Source: Haliotis cracherodii
Taxonomy: Eukaryota
Assembly: GCF_022045235.1 (NCBI RefSeq)
Contig: NW_027266270.1
Location: forward strand, 1,736,001 to 1,800,000
Reading direction: 5' to 3'
DNA length: 64,000 bases
Shown piece after piece: positions 50,283 to 64,000 of this stretch. Position 1 is the first letter of the stretch, and each line of letters starts with the position of its first letter. The notes below the pieces were generated by a model. The model worked only from the letters and a program-made list of their open reading frames with translations. It did no database searches and was not told the origin of the DNA. A program made the position numbers and the translations under genes.

Positions 50283-52684
50283 TCCAAATGTTAATAGATA
50301 GGGAAGGAGGCTTGAATCTACCAGTCTCGCTACCACTTACAAACAAACATAGAGAAAGGCATGGCATATTTTAAATGACAATGTTGATCACATGAATGAC
50401 AATGTTGATCTTGAATCTATACCAGAACTCCAACAAATGAGTAAATTAAGAATGAAAGTCAAATGGTCCTTCCCATAGCCCTAATGTTTAAATATAAATT
50501 TAAGGAGTCCATATATTCCAATACTATAGCAGCATACCTAAAGAACCCCTTGTGGAACCCCCTAGTTTCAAATACTCATATTTCATTCATCCCAAATGTT
50601 TCGAATATTTGTTACTATCATTGCATATAGTGACATGCAGAAAGACTTGATTGTGTGTATTTACTAATCTCATACAGTTTGTGTAAATCATGTAAACTAG
50701 CCCTGGCATCAAGTAATCACAGCATATTTCTGTCCTGTTTACAGCAGGTGCCTGTCACAGTCCATTAGACAGCAGGTCCATTTAGTTCAGATGGAAGATT
50801 TTTCAAGGAAATACAATATGTTCGTCTACTACCGTGACTACTGGCTAAGCACCAGATTGTTTATAGCTATATGATACTGCTTTGTGTCAAGCTTGGCAAT
50901 GTCTCCTGACAGTTTTATTAATAGAACAAGATCCTTTCAGATGCTTTTCACTGAACTGCACTGGAGGAGAAGCGTGTGATGATGCCCCAGGATGCCAGAG
51001 ACTCCTTCCAACCAATATGTCTCCAGCATCCTGTCACTACACCACTCACACCACCACCCAAGGCCAGCACATACAACTAGGCTCGTATTTTAGGGTGACT
51101 ACGGCAGGACTTCAGAGAGCTGGCAACTTGTTACTGACCCTGCTCAGTGTAGCTGCAATCTTGCTTCCTCAAATCAAGAATCATTCATGGCCATGTGCAA
51201 GGAATTAGCAGTCGACATGTTCTTGTGTGAAACAGGACTCAAAGAGCCAGTTTTGTGCATGTCTTATAAACAATCCTCTACAGTATCTCAAAGCATTCTT
51301 GTACAAGTTTTCATGTTGAAATACACACACATGCTTTAAAAAGAGTTAGATGATAATGATGAAAATGTGGCTACCATTATCTGAGAACATACTCCTACTG
51401 GAGGCTACAGGAGGTCGGCCAATATTTGTTTAGTGATTCGCTGGAGATCTTGAAAACATTCTAAAACTCTTAATCTGTTTTGAAGCAGGGACTTGTAATA
51501 AGCAGTATACAAGCCCCTGAATCCTTTCAACATGTACTGTTGTCTCATTAGGTACTAGAAATTCCCAAACCATAATCGGCCTACAGAAATCACTTTCTGT
51601 CTACAACAACTGTTTGACAGCATCAGTCCCACAACCAACTCTACTGAGAGGACTAGGGTTCTGCTTGATGGATTTAATCTATCAATCCATAGATCTCCAA
51701 GATTGATTCATTATTCAAATTGTTAAAACATCAGTCTTGGCCACTAGTCTTAGGTAAGTGAAACGTTTTAAGGAGATAAGTGAAAACTTTCAAGGAGATG
51801 TGAAGTGAAAAGTGTTAAGGACCTGTAAACAGTTTTCTCCCAGAATGCTATACAGTTACATAAACCACTGGTGTCTAACCCTATCTAGAACATGAAGAAT
51901 ACACTGTCCAGGTGACAGATCAGGTATGTGTCCTTAAAACAATGATCAACCTCTTAGTTTCTCTTGTAGATTCCACAGTATACGTTTAAAAAACACAATC
52001 ACTCGATCTCTTCAATACTCATCCCCTTCTCAGCTCCAGCAGCCAATACTGAGGCATCCTGTTTTCAAATCCAAATAAAGATATTTGAGGTTTCCTTAAC
52101 AATCTAGGGTTTCTTTGTAGAACTATTCTTAATTAACCTCATCCATAATATTATTTCAGGGGCTATGTACTATCACTTCACAAGACTTGCCCTGTTGGGA
52201 AGAATGGCCATGATATTCTCAATGATTCCAAGCCAGCTAAGAGTGTGTTACACTCTCACATCTTTGTAAGTCTCACATTTCAGACAAGCAGGTAACGGTG
52301 TAAGTAAAACAATGTTACAACTCTTGATACCAGTGTACTGCTTGTGGGCATGTGTATCTCATCATGTCCATCCTCTTCCAGTCTCCCAGCTACCCTTGTC
52401 TCCCCTACATTCAACACTACAGTAGACTAGTGTTTATTATGCTAGCAAAGCCGTACATCTGTAAAGCAAGCCGACCCTGAAGCTACACATACAGCCCTGT
52501 TTGTGCTGGGACCCTTGGAGGTCATTTATTACATGGTTGGAGATCCCTGCATCACCATCAGTGGAAACATTACGTCATTCAACAAACTGCTAACTGACCT
52601 ATGACAGCTCCCAACAACAGGTGCTTGGTATTTGTACATGTGCAAATTGGTACAGATTTATTCAGACAGAATACAGGTGGATAT

Positions 52685-53066
52685 TAGTGGTGGGATGATA
52701 CACTGATGCATCGTTGGATCTCGATATTTTACTTCCCGATACAAGTATCGATCACAGTTGCACACAAAGTAAAAAATATCAATTCAAACCTTAAATGTTT
52801 ACTTTAATGGTTGTTACACCAAACTTTAATTAATGGTGTAATTAATAGTGAAAATTAGTAGTGAAGAGGTAAATATTTTTATCTATAGCGCCATACTTGA
52901 TACTGCCAACTATCAATCGTTCAGTGTGCCAGGTAATTGACTATCCTCATGATCCTGTCTATGAAAAATATGGGTTACACACTGCAGATACGAGCACCTA
53001 TCAGATCGTGAACAAGGTATAGTGATACGTATCGGATTGCACAGTTGGTGTATCGTCCCAGCCCTA
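52685..53066. mobile_element. Non-autonomous hAT element (same family as 41575-41919, opposite orientation)
   Basis: Ends atcgtcccagcccta; 8-bp TSD gtggatat/gtcgatat. Confidence 0.82.
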
Positions 53067-56000
53067 GTCGATATGTTCCAAATATATCTTAACAGTTGAA
53101 TACATACTCCAACCAGACACCTATGGTTAACAGAGAATAATCACTGTATGAGCATGATCATGTTTGTCAAAAACAATATGAAACTCTATTGCATGTTTGT
53201 TTGTTTGTTGTTTAATGCCACACTCAGCAATATTCCAGCAATATGATGGCAGTCTGTAAATAATTGAGTCTGGTCGAGACAATCCAGTGATTGACATCAT
53301 GAGCATCTGGAAGTCTGTATATGCCAGTACCAGTGATACACCAATAACAACAGTGCTTTAGTTACAGCCTGAGATGGGATTTATCTACAAGGGAACAAGC
53401 AAATTGGTGGTTTTGCTTTACTTTCAGCAGCTTTCCATCTGTTACCTCGCTACTATCACCAACAAACACACTTCAAGAAACTCAACAATCAACTTTCCAA
53501 ATACTCTCAAATAATAAAACCATGTAGGCAAACTCCCAAAAACAAAATCTTAATATCACATGCAGCACCACATTAGCCAAGGACTGCCAAGGAGTCCGAG
53601 AGCATGTTTTCCTGATGATAAAAGCAATCTTGAAGCTAGAAGAACTGTGAACTGTTGACAATGTAGAGATCTCTCGTTCTACATTACCACAATTTATCCC
53701 AACCTTCCAGGTTAATTTTCTATCCATCAAAACTTTCTTTGTTTGTTGTTTAGTGTCCCACTCAGCAATATTCCAGTGATATGACAGTGGGTGGTAAGTA
53801 ATCAAGTGGGGACCAGACAAACCAGTTATTGATATTATGAGCAACATACCAAGCCAAGTCACAGACTCTAACCATTGCTCTATCAAGCCCCAACTTACAA
53901 CCAGCACAAGTAGCTTGGGATGTATTCTAACCCCGGTATCAACAGGCGTCAGAACCAGTGGTCTCTTCATCACAGAACCAGCAAATGTTACAGCTATCAT
54001 GACCCCCCCCCTCCCCTGCATCATCAGCTGATGCCAATCAAAGGATAAGGTATTGACCATACTTCTGGACACACCAAGACTATCTCTTCTGACAGAGGTA
54101 CACAAGTCAGTACAGATCGAGTTAGGGTGGAGAAAGGATGAAAAGTAGCATCCAGGCTGTCTCTATTACTGAGGAGGCTAAGGTTATATCTCATTATGTT
54201 GGGAATAATTCACCTTCACACTTCACTTGAAGCAGTTTTAGACAGATGTTCATCAAGCACAGCTATACATCTACATCACTTGTGAAGGGAACCTTCGGGA
54301 GTAAAATGTTGGGGATGTAGGGTTGCTTTGGGGGCACAGTATGTTAATTATTTCCATCCAATAGTTTTTGTTTTATTTCAGTGTTCAAAATGAATAAAAT
54401 CATGGTCCTTGAGGTTTGCCCCCAGTATCTGAATCCTATGAGGGAACCCTCAATCTTTCATTTTAAACATTTTGAAAACTGTAATATATTTTTTTTATTT
54501 TTCAAAAAACTGTTCAAGGCATCTGTGTGCGTGAGCTGTTGATGGAGGCGATACACATGAAGAATGCAGGTCATAATGGTTGGTCTGTATCTGGTGTACT
54601 TCATCAATAAAGTGAGTGAGTTTGGTTTTACTCCACTTTTAGCAATATTCCATCAATATCACGACATAGGCCACAGAAAAACCTGGACCTTAGGTGTGAT
54701 GAGCCAACACTTTAACCACCAGGCTACCCAAAGCCCTCCTCAAGTAATGAAAGAAAGGAACACTCAGACTGCTATTCTTTGTCAAGAGGTACTTGGGGAC
54801 AACACAATGATGTGAGGCGGGTTGTTTGTTTACATTGCGTGTTAGTTTAATGAGGGAGGCAAGTGAAGCAACAACATCCATTTAATGTGACATCTGCCAT
54901 ACCAGCTAAACATCATGCACCCAAGATACTTCTTTTTATACACAAACCCTGACACACTGACACACTTCACAGATACAAACTTAAGGTCACTGTTCACGCT
55001 CCTATAAATGATCTTATTGCTACTGTAAATATTATAGAAATATTAAAAAACAAAATGATCAGATGATGAAGCTCTTTAACGAAAACTGCTTTTTGATCTG
55101 AAGTTAATTATAAGCCTCTAACACCACCATTAAGTGTCATCTAAAGATATTTACGAAGATGTAAAGTATTAAATTAATTCAATCCTAGAGAATAAAATTG
55201 TCATTTAAAAGCAAAATTCACTTATAGTGATGAAACTTGTACACTCTCCTGGCAAAGTGCCATTTGTTCTTGTAAAACTGTCCTGGAATCCCACAGTTCT
55301 CCTTGTTGCTAGGCAACCCCTAACCACCATATTTTCACACAAAGCGCACCACGGTTCCCACTGCTAAGATATTACGATAAGCAAAACACAGTTCCTGAGA
55401 GGATGATGGAAAGAGAGAAACCCCGTATCTGAGTGGGACAAGTATGATGAGTGCGCCCATCACAGGTGAGGACTACAGAGGCTGACGACCTGTCCAGCAT
55501 CTGCTGGGGGCCAGGTAATACAGGTGTAACAACCTCCTGATCAGCTTTCTGTAAACGGGGATGACACCAACTGAAATCCTTCATGAATGAAAGAACTGTG
55601 AATATCACTTACTGGCAGAAAAAACTAAGGATGAAAGCTCTTGTGGTAAAAGAGTGAGTTTGGTTTTACGCCGCTTTTAGCAATATTCCAGCAATATCAC
55701 GGTGCCAGGAATCGAACCCGGGTCTTAGGCGAAAGCTCTTCTAACCCTATGTAATGACCAATGAGTAGTTCCACACTACACTACGGACACAATCTTGAAG
55801 GGCTGTCTTTATTCATGCACCGATTCGTAAAGATATAAATTTGAATGCTGCATTCAGCTCAGCTTCAGCTCAGTACCAATCACACTGCACATTTTCGTAA
55901 AACAAATGGCATTAGACATGTTTGGACATTTTCATGAATTATTCTTATGAGGCCATTATGTTCTATTTTATGACCAAATTCGCTAACAGAAATTGACCAT

Positions 56001-57459
56001 ATCTTAGATGACAATCCCCAGTAAAAACACACTGTCAACAGGTTTGCCATCTCCTTTCTTGAACAGATATTTGTGAAACACTGACACTGTAGTCAATGTT
56101 CTGTAAGCACTCAACTCTGGACTATTCTGTAAGTGCAAGACTCCTGACTTCCATTCAGTCTGAGACTTGCTTTTCTTATCAAAGGCTGGAAAGCTGGCAG
56201 CACGATTTAAAGTGAATCCAATAAGAGGGACAAAAATTCTGCAGAAAAACAAACGTGCCATATTAGCCTAAAGATGATCACCTGAGTCTAAAAACTGTAG
56301 ATTTTTAGGTCTGTGGAATAAAAAACACCTGTTCTGACTAGAAAGGTACTACGCTCTATTCCTGAAATAAATCAAGACTCCATTAGTCCTGTCTGAACCG
56401 CTAATGAATCTATCCGCCATGTTAATCATGTCCACATTGTGATATCATCAACGCAAGGATGGAAATTGCTTTTGATATCATCCTAGAATGGCAAGGCAAT
56501 TACCAAGTCATCACGGCAGCTATAACGTGTAATGTACAATTACTTACTTAATAGAAACTTTTTCTACAACAGCATGGATATGGGGTAATTTTATCCCCTT
56601 GATAGGCAAGTCTAGATATGTGGACAGTACTAAGTCTTTTATAGGGGGAACTTGTTCTTATTATTTACATAATCTAAAACTTATGATTTAAACTCAAAAA
56701 CTAATAATTAACGGGTGTTCTTTCGAGTAGTATATTTGTTCAAAAGTGTCACAGGGCCTCCCAAAGATGTTCGGAATTTATGTGTACTGAGTTCCTTCAG
56801 ATTCTTTGAACGTCACTTAACCATGTCCTAGGCGATAAACAGTTGTAATTTAGAAAGGAAAGTTATCACTAGCTTTGTATAATGGACTTTATCATAAGGT
56901 AAAGATATTTGTAAGTTATTTTTGCATGTTACTCTCAGAGTAACTACCAAACAGAACTCAGATCAAACACTGCAAAATGTTAATTCTAAGCACATTCTTT
57001 GGAGTTGCAGAAGAAGAAGGAGAAAAATATTCATTGTACATAAACACCCACAGGGGGCAGGGTACAAAACATGAACTGAAATTCCAACATTCCTTCACAA
57101 AGTATAACAGATATATTGTACCCCACCCATACGGAGACACCACCCAAATGGATTTAACAGTAACTTAACACTTGCTTCACCACCCTGCTGGCTGGTACAG
57201 AGAAAAGAAAAACTGGACTTTTAGAAGTTCACAACGTTGGAACATTTCTTCACTCAGAATCAGGTAAATCTATATCAAACTGTGTATTTGGAGAATTCCT
57301 ATAACAGATGACTGTGTATGGGCAGATGGAGGTCACCACTGTAACAAGAATCATGAGTCTCATTAAATCTCTCAAGTTGAAAGCAAAGGTTGTATTTCCA
57401 CCCCCTTCTTCAATCCACACATTTCTTCTCACCGTGTATCTCCATCCATTGGGACCACA

Positions 57460-58880
57460 TAATCCCCATCTTACATGTCTTAGGCAACAACCAACTGGCT
57501 TGAGACAACACATTCCCCATCTTAGGCAACAACCAACTGGCTTGAGACAACACATTCCCCATCTTAGGCAACAACCAACTGGCTTGAGACAACACATTCC
57601 CCATCTTAGGCAACAACCAATTGGCTTGAGACAACACATTCCCCATCTTAGGCAACAACCAATTGGCTTGAGACAACACATTCCCCATCTTAGGCAACAA
57701 CCAATTGGCTTGAACAACACATTCCCCATCTTAGGCAACAACCAATTGGCTTGAGACAACACATTCCCCATCACAGGCAACAACCGATTGGCTTGAGAAA
57801 ACACAGTCCCCATCTCAGGCAACAACCAATTGGCTTGAGACAACACATTCCCCATCTCAGGCAACAACCAATTGGCTTGAGACAAAACATTCCCCATCTC
57901 AGGCAACAACCAATTGGCTTGAGACAACACATTCCCCATCTCAGGCAACAACCAATTGGCTTGAGACAACACATTCCCCATCTTAGGCAACAACCAATTG
58001 GCTTGAGACAACATATTCCCCATCTTAGGCAACAACCAAATGGCTTGAGACAACACATTCCCCATCTTAGGCAACAACCAATTTACTTGAGACAACACAT
58101 TCCCCATCTTAGGCAACAACAAGTTGGCTTGAGACAACACATTCCCCATCTTAGGCAACAACCAATTGGCTTGAGACAACACATTCCCCATCTTAGGCAA
58201 CAACCAATTGGCTTGAGACAACATATTCCCCATCTTAGGCAACAACCAATTGGCTTGAGACAACACATTGCCCATCTTAGGCAACAACCAATTGGCTTGA
58301 GACAACACATTGCCCATCTTAGGCAACAACCAATTGGCTTGAGACAACATATTCTCCATCTTAGGCAACAACCAACTGGCTTGAGACGACACATTCCCCA
58401 TCTTAGGCAACAACCAATTGGCTTGAGACAACACATTCCCCATCTTAGGCAACAACCAATTGGCTTGAGACAACATATTCCCCATCTTAGGCAACAACCA
58501 ATTGGCTTGAGACAACACATTCCCCATCTTAGGCAACAACCAATTGGCTTGAGACAACATATTCCCCATCTTAGGCAACAACCAATTGGCTTGAGACAAC
58601 ATATTCCCTATCTTAGGCAACAACCAATTGTCTTGAGACAACATATTCCCCATCTTAGGAATCTCTTACTCACCACTCAACTGGCATTGGGAGCACCAAC
58701 ACCCTATCATAGAAATCTCTTAGTCACCAACCAGTGGGCATTGGGAGCACCTATTTTCCATCTTAGTATGATCTTTTACTCACGACTCAGTTGGCATTGG
58801 GAGCACTTGCACCCCATCCTAGAAATATCTTAGATACCTAACCAATTGACATTAGGAGCATGTATTCTTCATCATAGGCA
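57460..58880. repeat. 42-bp minisatellite (homogeneous to ~58660, degenerate after)
   Basis: cttaggcaacaaccaattggcttgagacaacacattccccat, ~28 copies plus decayed units. Confidence 0.96.
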
Positions 58881-59378
58881 CCACTAAGGAGAAAACAACA
58901 ACTATGCTTATTGTGCTGACAAACCTTGATATTTAATTAAGAGCAAATCTGAGATTCTTAGGATCATGGCACACTTAAGAGACTAATTCAGCCAAGAGAA
59001 CTGCTGCTAGTGTCTTAGATGACTGGGCCACCCGTGCCTGACTGAGCAGGTAGGAGGTGCCATCATGAGACTTCTACAAGAGAGCAGATTGAGACATATT
59101 GACAGCAGGGCTGTTCCCCTCCACCGACAAACCAACAATCAACAACACATACAGGCTGCTTCAAGTGATCTGTCTAGACAACTCCCCTACTTTATAGAGC
59201 TCCGACTTTTTTGTCTCTGGAAACAAGAATAGAAACATTAGATAGTTTCAGATTTGTTTCAATTCCGACTAATGTTACCATAATAATGGGAGAGCTGGTG
59301 CCAGTGGAGAATACAAAAGTAGTTCTGTCTGTGTAAGCCTAAATGTTGGGTTACTGCTTACCAAAAATGGTTTGAGAG

Positions 59379-59585
59379 GTAACCAACTGTTCCAGAGCTA
59401 ACCAACTGTTCCAGAGCTAACCAACTGTTCCAGAGCTAACCAACTATTCCAGAGCTAACCAACTGTTCCAGAGCTAACCAACTGTTCCAGAGCTAACCAA
59501 CTGTTACAGAGCTAACCAACTGTTCCAGAGCTAACCAACTATTCCAGAGCTAACTAACTGTTCCAGAATTAAACAACCAACTGCT
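59379..59585. repeat. 19-bp minisatellite
   Basis: gctaaccaactgttccaga, ~10 copies. Confidence 0.94.
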
Positions 59586-60952
59586 ATTACAGAGCATATA
59601 CATCAAGGCTGTCAAATGCTGGTGATGAACGTTTTCTCATCATCCCAACCTGCCCTGTTAACCACTGGTACAAAGACCTAATCCAGAATTTGGCCAGTTG
59701 GGCTTGCAAAACTAAAGCATGTGTATCCTGAATACTAGTCCTGGCTAATACGAAAGAAAGGTTTGAGACCATAACCACCAAAAGCCACAACCGCCTCCAT
59801 CAGCAGGGACTACTAACACCAGTTATACAGCCCAATATATCACCCTATTTGAACAAGCAGTTATTTCTCCTTGTGGTTCAATTCGTCAACTCCGACCTCG
59901 TTTGTACACAGAATCCTCCTCTAAGGAATGCCACATTGATCTATTTTCTCCCTACATTTGATTGACGGTAACAAAGACATATATCAAAAAGAGCAAAGTT
60001 ACCCAATGAAGCTTACATCACCATTTATCAAGGGAGCAAGCCTGCAGCACTAATAAAATATTCACAGTCATCATTGTTAACATCCAGCCCAAATCAATTT
60101 CCTTTTATGACTTGAATCACAACATCAACGCCTTGCACTCAACAACTTGATAGCAGTAAGTCCCTTATAAGCATGAGTGATCTCCTACCACATGGCCCCT
60201 CTGTTAGCCTCACAGCAGGAAAAGGTTCTATTTTTACCGAGGGTCAACTCTGCTTTACTACAGAGCAAACAAAACAAAAAGACCTGGGCAAATTTCTGTT
60301 CTCTGTGAGTACAGGTATGCCACGATATATATATGATTTCAGTTCTCTGTGAGTACATGGAATGCCACGATATACAATTTCTCCATCCCAGCTGGCCACA
60401 AATGTCATGGATTGTTATTGTGCTTTCACACACTGTTAATCGTTGGAAAGCTGATGAATAAACTACAGCGCCAGCAGGCCATGTGATGATACACGGGAGC
60501 AGTGTACTAGAAGCCCTTGATTCTGTGTCACTGTAATCATCAGGTGCATGTGTAGAATGGATGCAATACAGCATTACACTAAGTGGGTAATCAGTTTTAG
60601 GGAGAACCCCATTGTAGGACGTATTTCTTGACACTTTAGTAAATGGAAAATGTCAAACATTATATGCAGTTGTGTTGATACATTCAAGAAAGTGATTACA
60701 CACCAAAGCTCTTTTGAAATTATTTTTCCTTTAAGGAAATTGGTCTACTTGGCAAATCATCAATAAGAAACAAAATCTGCATGAACATGCAATGGGTTGC
60801 AACACAGAGTCATAAATCTGTGAGATGACAAAGCGTAGTAGCAATAGCTGCCTGTATGCCACTGGGCTACGCGTGCTCCTGGTGTCATTGTCAAACGCAC
60901 ACTCTCTTGTTGGAATACAGGATTTAGTGAGTCAGATGAAGTGAGATAATAT

Positions 60953-62209
60953 TAGAGTTGTGACGATTAATCGATATGTACACGATCTCTAGGTATCCAA
61001 TACGATATATCGATATGGTTTCTGTGTATAGATACAATAACGATACATTTCATTGAATAAATTAATCTGTTCTGAAACAAAATATTTACTCGTACAGTGG
61101 TCCCTCGCTACAACGCTACCAATGGGGTCCAAATAATTGGTAGGCGTTATAGACGAAGAGCCGTTTGACCAAGGCGGAGGCGGGGGAGCGCACTCGGCCA
61201 ATCTCACGATCTTCGCCTTGTCTCGCACATTGCAATGATACAAGTTGTTTACGGTTCATAGTGTAAAAAATATATCCATAATGTTTTTGCCGTTTGTTAT
61301 TATTTACAAGCCTTAACTGCCACATTCAATGTGAAGGTACTCTACTTACATGAAAATATCTATCGATAATGGTAGTAACAGACGCTATGAGTGAAGAGCC
61401 AATCACAATTCATTACGCAAGTACAGAGTGTTTTAGTGGCATTGATTGGTCATGTTGCTTAAAATACGGAAAACAAGAGTTTTGACCAGCACTAGAATTT
61501 ATTACATGTGCGCATTCATACACATTCATACAAATATAGATACACATTCATTGGATTGCCCACTAATTAAGAATATAAACTTCGCTTGTGGTTCTCTTTT
61601 ATTGCATGCATGCGCTTCTAAGATCAAAGGATGTTTAGTGTGAAAAGTTAACTAGCAGAACAATCGTATTTCCGGGACTTGCCGCGGATGTGTTCAAACA
61701 GATTATTAGAACTCCATTCAGCGATAAACAGTTGATTATGCAATGAGAAGCGTTATGTGCAAATAGACACCGAACAACAATACAATCATGTCTGTGTGAA
61801 ACTTTCATTATAAAAAGTGTACATAAATTCAGTGTGATGAAAATTATTTGAGTTTTACCCAATCATGGTTTAATGGCCAAGAAATATTTATTTTAATATG
61901 TGTGCCAAATTAGTAATTACACTGTGTGCCCAATTGATTTTTATTTTGTATTTTCCTAATTAAAAGTTTCAAATACAAAGTTTTTGAGATCTTTCTTTCA
62001 TCTAACTTCTTGAATTTAAGAACAAAATTACATGGATTACACAAAACGAAACTGCAGAATTTAGTTTAAAGATTTGATTTTCTTAAAAACAGGCATGTTC
62101 AGCAGTAAATTGTGTATCGTGATACATATCGAATCGAATCTAATTGAATCGTAAAGCAAATATCGCGATACGTATCGTATCGGTTTCAATGTGTATCGTC
62201 ACAACTCTA
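60953..62209. mobile_element. 1.26-kb non-autonomous hAT element
   Basis: Perfect 15-bp TIR tagagttgtgacgat; subterminal cgata/tatcg repeats; 8-bp TSD gataatat/gatactat; no transposase ORF. Confidence 0.85.
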
Positions 62210-63364
62210 GATACTATAATAAACATTTACTTCTATTTTCAAAGAATAACATAAGAATCCAACATTGGAAATTTTACCAAAAACTGCACTCAAACCATTT
62301 GGAAAAGAAAGAAACTATAGTGGAATAAGTAGGGTGTCACAGTTTACCAATATTAATTAATGCATCAATAAGATTCTCCAATGACACAATAGGCAATACA
62401 CTTCCGGGTTCCCTGTATTGATTCAATATTCAATCCTGTATCAAATCCTATTTTGACCCTGTATAGTTCCACACATGGACCCATTCATATTTAATTCATT
62501 AAATGTGGAGGGACACATCTAAGATATATCGCAAACATGGAATTTGCCATTTTACCTAAAAATACAAAATACTTATGACATTCAAGTTTTATCTGAAATA
62601 AAATATTCATTGAAATTAGACACTTTTATTTCAAATATGAGACAAGATTTCAGGAAGTCTCATGCCTTTTTAAGAGTGTTTATGCCCAAGGAAATACAAA
62701 GATTTACGCAAAATTTCCAGGAATTAAGTATCACAATACCTATCAAATCAGGAGAAAGTTTTTTCATGACATCCCAAGGATTAAGTTTCAATTGGTCATG
62801 TGTTGTTTTATAGTCTTCAATGTTGATTTGTTACCATGGTTACAGGACGACTTACGGTAACCACATTTCTACATGAATAGGTCTCTTTCCAACCCTCACC
62901 TACTGTCACACAAAAATATGTCTAGCAGGAGATTGCCAACATTTGTGAGGAACTTCAACATTATCAGTCTGTAAAGTGAGTTTCCTCCTGGGAAATCATC
63001 TGAAAGTTCTTCGTAATATCTTGTTGAAACTTTCTTGTTGAAACTTTCATACTGAAATTTCTCTTTCCATTTGATTTTTTTATTTTTACAACAAAACAAT
63101 CACTGCTCCTTACCATCATCAAGTATTTTTCCATTGAGAGTGTAGTGCTGATCACTTGGTTTGTGTTTGCCTTGTACAAGAGATTCCTTACATTGCCCAC
63201 TAATTGCAAACACTTGCAGCAATACGTTGTAGCTGCAAGCTACTGCTGGATGCTTTGTGGTTTCACCAGGCCCTGAATGTTGGAGCTCCATTCATCTGTC
63301 AAGTTTGCACATTGTGGGGGGTAGACCACAGCAGCCGGAGGTGGTTGGAGGCATGCTCCATTGC

Positions 63365-63646
63365 TTTGTTTGTTTGTTTGTTGTTGTTGTTTAACGGCGC
63401 ACTCAGCAATATTCCAGCTATATGATGGCGGTCTATAAATAATCGAGTCTGGACCAGACAATCCAGTGATTAATATCATGAGCATCGATCCACGCAAATG
63501 GGATCGATGACATGCATCAACAAAGGCAGCGAGCCTGACCACCCGACAACCCGATTCCATTAGTCACCTCTTACGACAAGCATAGTCACTTTTTACGGCA
63601 AGCATGAGTTGCTGAAGACCTATTCTACCCCGGAATCTTCACGGGT
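63365..63646 (-). mobile_element. SINE-like family B, full length
   Basis: Homologous to 8279-8552; TSD tgc(t/a)ccattgc. Confidence 0.88.
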
Positions 63647-64000
63647 GTGCACCATTGCCCTACATCACCTTCCTCACTTCACCAGCACAAATAGCAGGGA
63701 AATAACTAGTTTGTCCAGCACACAGCAGGGAAATAATTAGTTTATTCAGCACACAGCAGGGAAATAATAAGTCTAACCAGCACACATCTGTATAATCACA
63801 ACTTTCACTAAACACTGAAAGTGAGAGAGAGTAGGTTTAACTCTGCAATGAACAGTATTTCAGTTACTGTCATGGCAGGTCAAAGAGGCTTCAAAAGCAT
63901 GAAGTGATGAATGTGATTTTTAATACTATTCTCAAATGCACAGTTTTTAAATTCAAATCAGTTAATTTTCTAGGATGCTGAATGATCATCAACCAAAAAT

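Larger units (their letters stand above)
20908..64000 (-). other. Probable very long first intron of the SBF gene (>43 kb)
   Basis: Exon 2 begins in phase 1, and I found no MxRLADYF-type first exon or other recognisable coding exon upstream (scan by eye; two N gaps could hide it). Confidence 0.7.

Noticed and set aside
57250-58833. 467-aa (-) and 360-aa (+) overlapping ORFs with 14-aa repeats
   Set aside because: Result of a stop-free 42-bp minisatellite; a frameshifting unit is present, there is no splice or start context, and flanks are non-coding.
62896-63099. Possible alternative first exon ending at AG|GTGAG near 62900
   Set aside because: No SBF similarity; the open frame ends in phase 2 while exon 2 needs phase 1, and the phase-1 frame has a stop.

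Overview
Eukaryotic (animal) genomic DNA with two assembly gaps. The SINE repertoire suggests a mollusc or other lophotrochozoan (inference only). The window holds the 5' part of one minus-strand gene, the SBF1/SBF2 (MTMR5/MTMR13) orthologue. I reconstructed 14 coding exons between 854 and 20907 (1880 nt, GT-AG boundaries, consistent phases) encoding the uDENN/DENN/dDENN region and the start of the SBF2 domain. The first coding exon was not found, so 20908-64000 is probably one intron of more than 43 kb; the 3' exons lie beyond position 1. The introns contain about 15 unrelated minisatellites, four SINE-like families and several MITE/hAT elements. All long ORFs in the ORF track are repeat artefacts. 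Most unusual observations: (1) minisatellites built from the gene's own splice junctions: tandem AG|GTGAGT sites after exon 6, 65-bp mini-intron/micro-exon cassettes after exon 8, and AG-dead acceptor look-alikes before exon 5; (2) a non-tRNA SINE-like family whose 5' ~70 nt can fold into a compact pseudoknot, a ribozyme candidate; (3) near-total sense-strand bias of SINE insertions; (4) a 93-bp intronic segment copied next to a SINE 5' end.
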